This document shows positions 8,371 through 16,898 of a DNA stretch of 42,227 nt, one piece after another. Below the pieces are notes generated by a model. That model did not search any database. It saw only the letters and a list, made by a program, of their open reading frames with translations, and was not told the DNA's origin. The DNA is from a virus, in IMG/VR virus record IMGVR_UViG_3300045988_047527; one strand, written 5' to 3'. How positions within the stretch are numbered: position 1 is the first letter of the stretch; each line of letters begins with the position of its first letter. A program made the position numbers and the translations under genes.

Positions 8371-9351
8371 ATGAATTTGATGCAGGGCGACTGCTTGGAA
8401 CTGTTGAAAGACATTCCAGACTGCAGTGTGGATATGGTGCTGACCGACCCACCGTATGGAGTAATAGAGAAAAGCACTCACGATTTGAAGGGGTGGACGG
8501 ACAAAAAAATCACTTGGGACATACCGCTCAGCGCCGATTTAATTTTGGGTGCATGCAATAGGGTTTTGCGGCCAAACGGAAAATGTGTATTGTTTTCGAT
8601 TGACCCATATACAACACAACTCATTTGTTCTGCGCCAAAATCTATGCCGTTTTCATATCGTGGCATATGGCTAAAAAATAATGCCGGAAATGTTCTTGGA
8701 TGCAAGAAAAATCTTGTAAGCTATTTTGAGGACATTCTTATTTTCTCAAAAAACAGCGGGTTTGCTTTCTATGACTTTGAAAATACAAATCCGTTAAGGA
8801 ATTGGTTCAGGCAAGAATTCCAAAGGGCCAACATCTCGTCAAAAAAGTGCAAAGAACTTCTTGGCAACCAAATGTACTCACATTATTGTACTGACGGATT
8901 TCAGTTTTGCATTCCCACAAGAGAAAACTATAAGAAGTTGCAAAGTACCGGTTTTTTTCAGCGTGACTATGAAGAAATAAAAAGCGAAAATGACGAATGG
9001 GTTGCAAAAACCAAATCAAAACGCAAAGAGTATTATTTGAAAATGAATGAAAAATATCCGTCGGTATTTAATTTGCGGGACGGCCAAAAATCTAAGCCCA
9101 ATGTGTTCTCATACAAAAAGGAAATCGAACGATTTCACCCCACTCAAAAGCCAGTCGCATTGTTGGAAGATTTGGTCAGTACATATAGCAATCCCGGCAA
9201 CGTGGTTTTGGATTTTACAATGGGCAGTGGTAGCACTGGCGTTGCCTGTGTCAACACGGGCCGAAAATTCATCGGCATGGAGTTAGACCCCGGATATTTT
9301 GAGACGGCTAAGCAGCGCATTAAGGAAGCGCAGAAACAAGTTGTGATGTGA
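8371..9351 (+). CDS. Site-specific DNA methyltransferase, beta class (DPPY; probably N6-adenine), orphan
   Basis: N-terminal motif IV (LTDPPYG) and C-terminal motif I (VLDFTMGSGSTGVAC). No adjacent restriction gene. Visibly AT-richer than its flanks. Confidence 0.9.
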   Translation: MNLMQGDCLELLKDIPDCSVDMVLTDPPYGVIEKSTHDLKGWTDKKITWDIPLSADLILGACNRVLRPNGKCVLFSIDPYTTQLICSAPKSMPFSYRGIWLKNNAGNVLGCKKNLVSYFEDILIFSKNSGFAFYDFENTNPLRNWFRQEFQRANISSKKCKELLGNQMYSHYCTDGFQFCIPTRENYKKLQSTGFFQRDYEEIKSENDEWVAKTKSKRKEYYLKMNEKYPSVFNLRDGQKSKPNVFSYKKEIERFHPTQKPVALLEDLVSTYSNPGNVVLDFTMGSGSTGVACVNTGRKFIGMELDPGYFETAKQRIKEAQKQVVM

Positions 9352-9404
9352 CCCGCACAGCGGATTACATACAGGCCCGCGGAAAGCCTGACCAAACCCG
9401 CAGC

Positions 9405-9422
9405 ATACCCCGAAAGGGGTAT
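9405..9422 (+). other. Perfect 7-bp hairpin with GAAA tetraloop between the methyltransferase gene and terS
   Basis: ATACCCC-GAAA-GGGGTAT, read directly from the sequence. No U-tract follows. Function unknown (terminator or pac-region structure). Confidence 0.3.
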
Positions 9423-9486
9423 ATATACCGTGCCCTGTTGCACGAGACGGGGACGGGATCAAAAGTTTTTACATGAGGTGGTGAGC

Positions 9487-9882
9487 ATGGCTGCACGGCT
9501 GACGGATAAGCAGAAAAAGAAAATCATTGCTGACTATGTGCAGCTGGGCAGTTATAACGCTGTTTCGAAGATCAACGGTGTATCCGCTACCACGGTAAAG
9601 AACATTGTTTTGAAAAGTGCGGATTTTGTGGAAAAGTGTGAGCAGAAAAAAGAGGAGAACACCGCCGACATTCTGGCATATATGGAGAGCCGCCGAAAAC
9701 AGGTCTGTGACATTATAGAGATTGGTCTTGCTGTGCTTCCAGAGAAAATTCGGATGGCAAAAACAGCTTCCGAAGTTACAACGGCTTTGGGAACGCTGAT
9801 TGACAAATTTACGGCGAATACAGAGCCAAAGCAGGACATCCACCCTCTGTTGCGTGACATGTACGAATCGAGGAAACAATGA
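9487..9882 (+). CDS. terS: Terminase small subunit (HTH type)
   Basis: SD GAGGTGG before ATG 9487. N-terminus reads LTDKQKKKIIADYVQLGSYNAVSKINGVSATTVKNIV. Sits immediately upstream of, and overlaps, TerL. Confidence 0.65.
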   Translation: MAARLTDKQKKKIIADYVQLGSYNAVSKINGVSATTVKNIVLKSADFVEKCEQKKEENTADILAYMESRRKQVCDIIEIGLAVLPEKIRMAKTASEVTTALGTLIDKFTANTEPKQDIHPLLRDMYESRKQ

Positions 9883-11138
9883 GCCTTTCCACAAAGCAAA
9901 TAGATTTTCTGAATCGCCCATTTGACCGGACGCTGGATGTGGCGGAGGGAACGCCCAGAAGCGGTAAGACCACAGCCTGCATCCTCAGATTCTATGACTT
10001 CTTAAACACCTCCAAGGACAGTAATTTCTTGGTGGTCGGCGCATCACAGCAGCAAGCGTTTCGGCTGGTCATGGATGGAGACGGGAACGGTCTGACCCAT
10101 TTGTTTGGAAGACAGGCGCATTTGAAGCACGACGACCACGGCGACCACCTGGAGGCGCTGACCTGCGCCGGCCTGAAAAAAATCTACTACAAGGGCGGGG
10201 CCAAGGCAGACAGCGACAAGGCTATACGTGGTCTCTCTCTGGGCGGGGTATATTTTTGCGAGATCGACATCCTGCACATGAACATGATCCAGGAGTGCTT
10301 CCGCCGGACATATGCCGCACATATCCGATGGCACCTGGCTGACCTGAACCCACCCGCGCCCATGCATCCAGTTATTACAGATGTGTTCGATGTGCAGGAC
10401 ACTCGATGGACCCATTGGACAGTTGACGACAACCCAATCATCACGCCGGAGCGAAAAGAAGAGCTGCGCCGGACTCTGGAAAGAAACCCATATCTCTATC
10501 AACGGGACTGGCTAGGAGAGCGATGCATCCCGCAGGGCGTGATTTACTCTATGTTCGACCCCAAGAAACATGTCTTGCCTCGGCTGCCAGATGACGCCCG
10601 CCTCATTGAGATGTACTTTTCCGGAGACGGCGGCCTGACGGATGCCACGAGTGTGTCCTGTAATCTGGTATGCCGGACAAAGAAAGGGATTGCCCTGTAC
10701 CGTGTAGCAAATTGGTACTATGACGGCGGCAACAAGGCCATGAGCGTGCAGGCCCGGGAGCTGGCTGGAAAGTTCGCGCCATATTGCCGCAACCGCTGGA
10801 ATATGCGGGAGGACGCATGGTATATCGACCCAGCATGCAAGGCGCTGCGCAAGGAGCTGGAACTATACGGGATCGATGCACTCAACGCGGATAACAATGC
10901 GCATGATATACGTGGAAGCACCAAAGGAATCAAGGTCGGGATCGAGTACACACAAAACATGATCCAGGACGGGTGCTTCTTCCTGGTAGATGACGAAACA
11001 TACGGCCATATAGATTTCCTGAAAGAAATTGGAATGTACTGCGTGGATGAGCACGGGAACCCAGTAGACGCTTACAACCACGCAATGGATGAGCTGCGGT
11101 ACTCCATAAACCACTTTGTTAAACAGTACATGTATTGA
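9879..11138 (+). CDS. terL: Terminase large subunit
   Basis: Walker A (GTPRSGKTT), an ATPase N-domain and a C-terminal nuclease-like domain. 419 aa. Position before the portal gene. Confidence 0.9.
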   Translation: MSLSTKQIDFLNRPFDRTLDVAEGTPRSGKTTACILRFYDFLNTSKDSNFLVVGASQQQAFRLVMDGDGNGLTHLFGRQAHLKHDDHGDHLEALTCAGLKKIYYKGGAKADSDKAIRGLSLGGVYFCEIDILHMNMIQECFRRTYAAHIRWHLADLNPPAPMHPVITDVFDVQDTRWTHWTVDDNPIITPERKEELRRTLERNPYLYQRDWLGERCIPQGVIYSMFDPKKHVLPRLPDDARLIEMYFSGDGGLTDATSVSCNLVCRTKKGIALYRVANWYYDGGNKAMSVQARELAGKFAPYCRNRWNMREDAWYIDPACKALRKELELYGIDALNADNNAHDIRGSTKGIKVGIEYTQNMIQDGCFFLVDDETYGHIDFLKEIGMYCVDEHGNPVDAYNHAMDELRYSINHFVKQYMY

Positions 11139-12534
11139 GGGGGTGTACCCTACGGGATTTGTAAAGAACATTCTGCTCTACCTAGCTCAGAAGGTAGGGT
11201 TAGAGTTGCAGGACAAGCCCATATATCGGGATGATTACAGCGATATGGGGAATATCTCCGTGACAGCGGTCATTGCAAACAAGGTGGCAACATTAGCCAT
11301 GCAGGACAGCACCATCACCATTGAGGGAGAGAGCGCCCGAGCAAAATTTCTACAAGGGTTTCTGGACTACTACCTGGGTGATCGCATGGATGTGGCGGCG
11401 GAGGTGGCCCTGGGGACCGGGGACTGTATCGTCAAGCCATACACCGACGGAAAACGCCTGGGCGTGGACGTCGTTAAAAACGGGGACTTCGCTGTGTGCG
11501 AATCCATTGGAAACGATATTCTTTCCTGCATTTTGAAGGTCGGAGAGATCAAAAACGAGTCAGGCCTGTATCAGCGGTACGAGGTCCAAATGGTAAAAGA
11601 GGCGCAGACTGAGAGCGGGCAGGAAACCAGCGCGCTCATCATCCGCAACATCGCTTTTAAGGGCAATTCCGAAATTCCACTGGGTCAGGTGCCCGCCTGG
11701 AAGGACATCCCCGAGGAGCAGATTATCCCCAACGTAGACCGACCTCTGTTTGGCCGATACAAGTCGCCCACAGTCAACCGGGCGGATGTGAATGGTGTGA
11801 ACGGCGTGAAGATCACAGCCGGGGTGGACGGTCCCATGGCAAAGGCCGTGGAGGCGTATGAGCGCTTCAACCGGGAGTACAGCGCCAAGGAGACCATGAT
11901 CTTTGTCGACAAGACCTTGTTGGTAAAGGACGAAAACGGGAATGTGCTGCTCCCGCAGGAAAAACGGCGCTTTTTACAGATGATGCGCGGCGCGGGGGAC
12001 AACTCAACCCCCGGCAAGCTGATCCAGGAATTTTCCCCAGAGATACGGGGGGCGGACCTAGAGGTCGGTATCACCGTCAACAACAAGATGGTGGAGCTTC
12101 TGTGTGGGCTGTCTCCTGGGATATTGACACCGCCAACCACGTCCTATGCCACCGCCACAGAAATGCGGGCGGCTCTCAATTCCACCTTCGCGGTCATCAC
12201 CAAGTTCCGTCGGGCGCTGGAACACGGGACGGATGATCTGCTCCGGGCAGTGGATGTGATCGCGAACTACAATAATTTGGCTCCGATAGGGGATTGGGAT
12301 ACGCAATATGATTGGTCGGCCTCCTACATCGAGCAGCTGAACGAGCACTTCAACCAACTGACGGTGGCCGAGGGAATTGGAGCCGTGGACAAGGCAGAGG
12401 TCCGGGCCTGGATGATGGATGAGGACTACGAGACCGCAAAGGCCAGAGTGGAAGAGATCGCAGAGGAGACCGGGAGCCAGTACATGAAGGAGGCGGCTTT
12501 TCAGCCGGTAATCAATGAGCCGACTGCTGAATGA
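11116..12534 (+). CDS. Portal protein (start codon uncertain)
   Basis: About 470 aa, directly after TerL and before the minor capsid/head morphogenesis gene. Acidic C-terminus. Alternative starts are GTG 11143 or a TTG near 11206. Confidence 0.75.
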   Translation: MLNSTCIEGVYPTGFVKNILLYLAQKVGLELQDKPIYRDDYSDMGNISVTAVIANKVATLAMQDSTITIEGESARAKFLQGFLDYYLGDRMDVAAEVALGTGDCIVKPYTDGKRLGVDVVKNGDFAVCESIGNDILSCILKVGEIKNESGLYQRYEVQMVKEAQTESGQETSALIIRNIAFKGNSEIPLGQVPAWKDIPEEQIIPNVDRPLFGRYKSPTVNRADVNGVNGVKITAGVDGPMAKAVEAYERFNREYSAKETMIFVDKTLLVKDENGNVLLPQEKRRFLQMMRGAGDNSTPGKLIQEFSPEIRGADLEVGITVNNKMVELLCGLSPGILTPPTTSYATATEMRAALNSTFAVITKFRRALEHGTDDLLRAVDVIANYNNLAPIGDWDTQYDWSASYIEQLNEHFNQLTVAEGIGAVDKAEVRAWMMDEDYETAKARVEEIAEETGSQYMKEAAFQPVINEPTAE

Positions 12535-13684
12535 GTCCTGGCTTGAGGGTCTGCCAGACAACATCGTAGAGAACATGGAGGCCCTGAACAACTATGTAGT
12601 CCAGAGAATCTGTGAACGAATCCGAAAAATTGGAGATATTGGCGCGGCGGATGCTCACCGCCTAAAAACAGCTATTGAGTACGCTGGGGCAGACTTCAAG
12701 GCCATTGAAAAAGAAATAGCCCGCATTATGGGCATGAATCAGCAGGAAGTAGAAAAGCTGTTTGAGGAAGTAGCAGAGGAAAATGTAGAGTTTGCCAACA
12801 CCTACTACAAGGCCAGAGACATGGATGAGCTCCAGGGCTATCGATCCCGTTCGGCGCTGTTCTCATTCGTAGATGCCGCAAAGCGTCAGGCCCTGGACGG
12901 CACAGCCAATATCTCCAACACTTACATGATTGGCTTCAGACGTGGAAAGCAAACCATTCCGCTGCGGGAGTATTACATATCCACGATTGACCGGGCTATT
13001 ACCTATGTACAGACTGGAGTTGTGGACTATCAGAGCGCCATGCGCTCAACGGTCAAGGAGATGGCCCGGAGCGGTCTCCGCCGGCTGACATGGGAAAGCG
13101 GATACTCCCGCCGCCTGGATTCCTCCGCCCGCATGAATATCCTAGAGGGAGTGCGGAGGCTCAATAGCCAGATGATGGAGGAGACCGGACGGGAGTTTGG
13201 AGCCGACGGTGTGGAGATCTCCGCCCACGGCCTCTGCGCCCCCGACCACAGGGACATCCAGGGCAAGCAGTACAGCAAAGAGGAATTTGAGCGGCTGAAC
13301 CGGAGGCTGGAACGGCCCATTGGGACACTCAACTGTCAACACTTTGCAACTCCTATTGTTTTGGGGGTATCCAAGCCAGTCTATAGCCGAAAAGAGCTGG
13401 CAGATATCAACAAACGTTCCACAGAAGGAATTGAGTATAAGGGCCAGAAGATGAGCCGCTACGAAGCCAGCCAGAGACAAAGACAGATGGAGACCGCTAT
13501 CCGCTATGCAAAGGACGAGCGAGACGCTATGGTGGCCGCAGGGGACAAGTTGGGAGCCACGCAGGCCCGGAAGAAATCGGCAGCGCTGAGTGCAGAGTAC
13601 AAGAGGTTTTGCGAACAGGCTGGGCTCACACCCAGGCCGGAAAGGACGAGGTCCATGACGGGGCCAACGGTGCAGAGAGTCTAA
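12515..13684 (+). CDS. Minor capsid / head morphogenesis protein (SPP1 gp7 / Mu F-like)
   Basis: Assigned by synteny after the portal, size (389 aa), and the central segment ISAHGLCAPDHRDIQGKQYS, which resembles the conserved core of the family. Confidence 0.65.
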   Translation: MSRLLNESWLEGLPDNIVENMEALNNYVVQRICERIRKIGDIGAADAHRLKTAIEYAGADFKAIEKEIARIMGMNQQEVEKLFEEVAEENVEFANTYYKARDMDELQGYRSRSALFSFVDAAKRQALDGTANISNTYMIGFRRGKQTIPLREYYISTIDRAITYVQTGVVDYQSAMRSTVKEMARSGLRRLTWESGYSRRLDSSARMNILEGVRRLNSQMMEETGREFGADGVEISAHGLCAPDHRDIQGKQYSKEEFERLNRRLERPIGTLNCQHFATPIVLGVSKPVYSRKELADINKRSTEGIEYKGQKMSRYEASQRQRQMETAIRYAKDERDAMVAAGDKLGATQARKKSAALSAEYKRFCEQAGLTPRPERTRSMTGPTVQRV

Positions 13685-13748
13685 TGGTTAATATGAGAAA
13701 AACCATCAACTACCGATGAATACTCGGCGACTGATGGCTCATTCTCAG

Positions 13749-13931
13749 TTAGATTTCTGCACACTTAGCAATATCTGCGCGGATAAGGCTCTTGATATAT
13801 CCGGCTTTGCTGGGAACACTGTTCAATCTCTGAATAATGTCTTGTTCTGTGGTTTCCACCAACCGGACCGTCAATATCTTTGTGTGCGCCTTGTGATAAC
13901 GGTCCTGCGGAGTTTCTTTCCGTTCTTTAAT
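13749..13931 (-). CDS. Ribbon-helix-helix-like small DNA-binding protein, apparent ATT start (or start-codon pseudogene)
   Basis: 60 codons: IKERKETPQDRYHKAHTKILTVRLVETTEQDIIQRLNSVPSKAGYIKSLIRADIAKCAEI. This fits a beta-strand plus two-helix pattern. SD AAAGGGG lies 9 nt before ATT 13931. An in-frame TGA just upstream leaves no ATG/GTG/TTG until Leu20. Confidence 0.4.
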   Translation of the reverse strand: MKERKETPQDRYHKAHTKILTVRLVETTEQDIIQRLNSVPSKAGYIKSLIRADIAKCAEI

Positions 13932-13956
13932 GGGTATCGGCCCCTTTCAAAAGGTT

Positions 13957-13976
13957 GGGGCCGGTTCCCCGGCCCC
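13957..13976 (-). terminator. GC-rich hairpin between the two antisense small ORFs
   Basis: GGGGCCGG-4 nt-CCGGCCCC. On the minus strand it is followed by AACCTTTTG, a weak U-tract. Confidence 0.4.
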
Positions 13977-13983
13977 GTGGTGA

Positions 13984-14130
13984 TTACTGCTGGGAACCTG
14001 TGATATAGGCATCGATCAGCTTCTCCAGCTCGGCGGCGGTGTAAGTCTTATCCGGGTCTTGCTTCAAAATTCGGAGTAAGTCATACGCCATAGCCTTTTG
14101 AACATCCTTGCGCTCGTTTTCAGTAGGCAT
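13984..14130 (-). CDS. Hypothetical small protein, 48 aa
   Basis: ATG 14130 is preceded by GGGGG 8-9 nt upstream and by a near-consensus promoter. Product is MPTENERKDVQKAMAYDLLRILKQDPDKTYTAAELEKLIDAYITGSQQ. Below the track size cutoff. Confidence 0.45.
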   Translation of the reverse strand: MPTENERKDVQKAMAYDLLRILKQDPDKTYTAAELEKLIDAYITGSQQ

Positions 14131-14154
14131 TTAATTTTCCCCCTTTCTGATTAT

Positions 14155-14183
14155 AGTATATCATAGGTATATACCTACGTCAA
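14155..14183 (-). promoter_or_regulatory. Sigma70-type promoter TTGACG-17-TATACT with a perfect 14-bp palindrome in the spacer
   Basis: -35 at 14183-14178 and -10 at 14160-14155. Palindrome TAGGTATATACCTA at 14164-14177. It drives the antisense small-ORF pair. Confidence 0.55.
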
Positions 14184-14319
14184 GAGAAATTTCAAATTAT
14201 TTTGATAAAACCCGCACCTGCGGATTTTATACAACATTTGACCGGCCCGAAGTCGAGAAACTACGGGGCCACAGTGGAAGCGACCCACGAGAAAAAAGCG
14301 AAGTGGAAAAGGAGATACC

Positions 14320-14928
14320 ATGACAAGAGACGAAGTAAAGAGCATCATCAAGGACATTACCGACGAACAGCTCAATGGACTGATGGATCTGAATAGCCGG
14401 GACATCGGCAAGGCGAAGGGCAAGTCTGACGACCAGAAGGCCGAACTGGAAAGCCTGCGGACGCAGCTTGCCGAAAAGGACGAGACCATTGCCAATCTAG
14501 AAAAGGCCAAGGGCGATGCCGCCACCATACAGGCAGAGCTTGACAAGTACAAGCAGGCCGAAGCGGAGCGGGCCAAGGCGGAGAAGGAAGCTCAGATGGA
14601 TGCTATCCTCACGCAGACCGCAGAGAGCGCCCTGGAGGGCCGGGAGTTTGTCAACGAGTACACCCGCGCTCACTTCCTGGGGGAGCTGAAGAAGGCCATC
14701 CAGGACCCATCCAACAAAGGCAAGAAGCCCGCTGACCTGTTCTCCGACATGACCAAGGACGCGGACGGCGTGTTTAAGAACCCCCAGCACGAGCCTTTGA
14801 AAATCGCCGGAGTGACCAAGAGCGACACAAGCGGCAACATGACCAAGGACCAGATTATGAGCATCAAAGATGCGTCTGAGCGTCAAGCCGCTATTGCCGA
14901 ACATTTAGACCTATTTAGAAAGGATTGA
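14320..14928 (+). CDS. Scaffolding protein
   Basis: 202 aa, highly charged K/E/A-rich coiled coil, directly upstream of the major capsid gene. SD AAAGGAGA. Confidence 0.75.
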   Translation: MTRDEVKSIIKDITDEQLNGLMDLNSRDIGKAKGKSDDQKAELESLRTQLAEKDETIANLEKAKGDAATIQAELDKYKQAEAERAKAEKEAQMDAILTQTAESALEGREFVNEYTRAHFLGELKKAIQDPSNKGKKPADLFSDMTKDADGVFKNPQHEPLKIAGVTKSDTSGNMTKDQIMSIKDASERQAAIAEHLDLFRKD

Positions 14929-14935
14929 TAACATT

Positions 14936-16144
14936 ATGGCAGCAAAAGAGAATCTGACAAAAACCTCTGATATTCAGTCTACCGCACGTGTCATCGACTT
15001 TGTGACCCGCTTTGCCCGCAATTGGGAGCATCTGCGGGAGATTTTGGGTATCATGCGCCCCATCCGAAAGGAACCCGGTGCGATCCTGAAGAGCAAGACT
15101 GCCTCTGTTACCCTTCAGAGCGGGAACGTTGGAGAGGGCGAGGAGATCCCCTACTCCAAGGCTACAGTCATTGAGACCCCCTATGAGGAAATGACTGTGG
15201 AGAAGTATGCCAAGGCTGTGTCTATTGAGGCCATCAAGACCTATGGCTATGACGTGGCCGTTGGCATGACTGATGATGCGTTTCTGTATGAGCTTCAGGA
15301 CAACGTGACCAGACGCTTCTACGCTTACTTGAACACCGGCAAACTTGCCAGCTCCGAGACTACTTGGCAGAGAGCCCTTGCCATGGCGAAGGGCCTAGTA
15401 ATCAATAAGTTCAAGCAGATCCATCGGACCGTCACCAATGTGGTGGGCTTTGCCAACGTGCTGGACCTCTACGACTATCTGGGCGACGCCAACATCACCG
15501 TACAGACCGCCTTTGGCTTTCAGTATGTGCAGAACTTCATGGGTTTCTCCACCGTATTCCTGCTGTCTGACGAGGAGATCCCCCGCGGTCGCGTGATTGC
15601 CACCCCTGTGGAAAATATCGTCCTCTATTACGTGGACCCGTCCACCAGCGATTTTGCCCGGGCTGGTCTGGTCTATACCACGGACGGCGAAACGAACCTG
15701 ATTGGTTTCCATGTGGAGGGCAACTACCACACCGCCGTGTCTGAGAGCTTTGCCATCATGGGCATGACCCTGTTTGCGGAGTATCTGGATGGTATTGCGG
15801 TCATCGATGTGGACAGCACTCCCACCCTTGGGACGCTGACGGTTCAGAGCGCGGCGGGAACCGATTCCGGCGACACCAAACTGACTGTTACCCCGGCGAA
15901 GGAGACGGCGACCAATGTCTATAAATACAAGACCGATCCCTCTACGGCTCCGGTAGTTACTTACGGTCAGAGCGTACGAAACTGGACTACTTGGGATGGT
16001 GTGTCTGACATCACCGCCACCACTGGACACAAGATCACCGTGGTCGAGGCGGACAGCACCTATAAGGCGCAGAACGCCGGAAACGCCACTGTGGCCTCTA
16101 AGACGCAGAACGCCGGAAACGCCACTGTGGCCTCTAAGACCTAA
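14936..16144 (+). CDS. Major capsid protein with C-terminal Ig-like decoration domain
   Basis: 402 aa after the scaffold gene. The C-terminal roughly 100 aa are beta-rich (TLTVQSAAGTDSGDTKLTVTPAKE...). The protein ends with a duplicated QNAGNATVASKT. Confidence 0.85.
   Translation: MAAKENLTKTSDIQSTARVIDFVTRFARNWEHLREILGIMRPIRKEPGAILKSKTASVTLQSGNVGEGEEIPYSKATVIETPYEEMTVEKYAKAVSIEAIKTYGYDVAVGMTDDAFLYELQDNVTRRFYAYLNTGKLASSETTWQRALAMAKGLVINKFKQIHRTVTNVVGFANVLDLYDYLGDANITVQTAFGFQYVQNFMGFSTVFLLSDEEIPRGRVIATPVENIVLYYVDPSTSDFARAGLVYTTDGETNLIGFHVEGNYHTAVSESFAIMGMTLFAEYLDGIAVIDVDSTPTLGTLTVQSAAGTDSGDTKLTVTPAKETATNVYKYKTDPSTAPVVTYGQSVRNWTTWDGVSDITATTGHKITVVEADSTYKAQNAGNATVASKTQNAGNATVASKT
16069..16140. 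repeat. Perfect 36-bp tandem duplication at the 3' end of the capsid gene
   Basis: 16069-16104 is identical to 16105-16140 (GCAGAACGCCGGAAACGCCACTGTGGCCTCTAAGAC). Confidence 0.95.
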
Positions 16145-16161
16145 TGTGAAGGGGGGAAGGC

Positions 16162-16506
16162 ATGATGTGTGGCTATATCACCTATGACCAATATAAGGCG
16201 CTTGGGGGGGAAGCTAATGCATCCGCCTTCCCCCGCCTTGAAATTTTGGCAAGGAAAAAGCTGGATTACTGGACGCAAGAAAGAATCAAAGAATCAGATG
16301 AGGATATCCGTCTTTGTATGGTGCTCATCATTGATGCCATGAATAAGGTTAAAAGTGGGCTTGTCAATATAGCAAGTACCAGCAACGATGGCCTGACTGT
16401 CAACTATGCCTCCGCTAAAACAGAGGATCAAATGATGGGCTCTGTATATGACCAAATTGTGGAGATACTTCCCGTTGAATTGGTCAGCTTGGAGGTGGGC
16501 ACATGA
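16162..16506 (+). CDS. Head-tail connector (gp6-like) protein, putative
   Basis: Position and size (114 aa) after the capsid gene. Overlaps the next gene. Confidence 0.5.
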   Translation: MMCGYITYDQYKALGGEANASAFPRLEILARKKLDYWTQERIKESDEDIRLCMVLIIDAMNKVKSGLVNIASTSNDGLTVNYASAKTEDQMMGSVYDQIVEILPVELVSLEVGT

Positions 16507-16898
16507 CCCCTTTATTTCGTGAGACCGTGACTATCCTGAACCGACGAGCGCCGGAAGACGGGAACGGCCTGGATTTCTGGAAGAAAACCGTGCTGACCGG
16601 CTGTGTGTTTGTCCGTACCACCGTTAGAAGTGTTTCAGGTTCCGATGTATCTATAGGGCAGACGGTGACCGTCCGCATCCTGGAATCGCCGGATTATCAT
16701 CCCTACCAAGAGTGGAAGGGAAACATGAAGGGATTCACGGCCTCTGTCGGTGACATCGTGGTACATGGGAAGGTGACGGAGGACGTAAACCCGAACAATA
16801 TACGGGCATTGATGGGGAAATACGAGTCCATGACCGTCCGATCCGTCCGAGACAACACGGGACTCCCGCTTGGTCACATCCATTTGGAGGGCGTATGA
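16503..16898 (+). CDS. Head-tail joining/head closure protein, putative
   Basis: Assigned by synteny. ATGA-coupled. 131 aa. Confidence 0.45.
   Translation: MTPLFRETVTILNRRAPEDGNGLDFWKKTVLTGCVFVRTTVRSVSGSDVSIGQTVTVRILESPDYHPYQEWKGNMKGFTASVGDIVVHGKVTEDVNPNNIRALMGKYESMTVRSVRDNTGLPLGHIHLEGV

Noticed and set aside
13716-14003. Track ORF of 95 aa on the + strand in the gap between the minor capsid and scaffold genes.
   Set aside because: It has no SD and a Cys/Phe/Leu-rich, junk-like composition. It runs antisense to two better-supported minus-strand small ORFs that have a promoter and SD sites.
15395-16030. Long antisense or shadow ORFs opposite well-supported genes: 15395-16030, 17708-18385, 24407-25364, 29851-30621, 31381-32043, 33656-34270, 36461-37147, 40035-40601 and 1930-2337.
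   Set aside because: They are typical GC-rich shadow frames. They are Arg/Pro/Gly/Ser/His-rich with no SD sites, and each overlaps a gene with recognisable motifs or synteny on the other strand.
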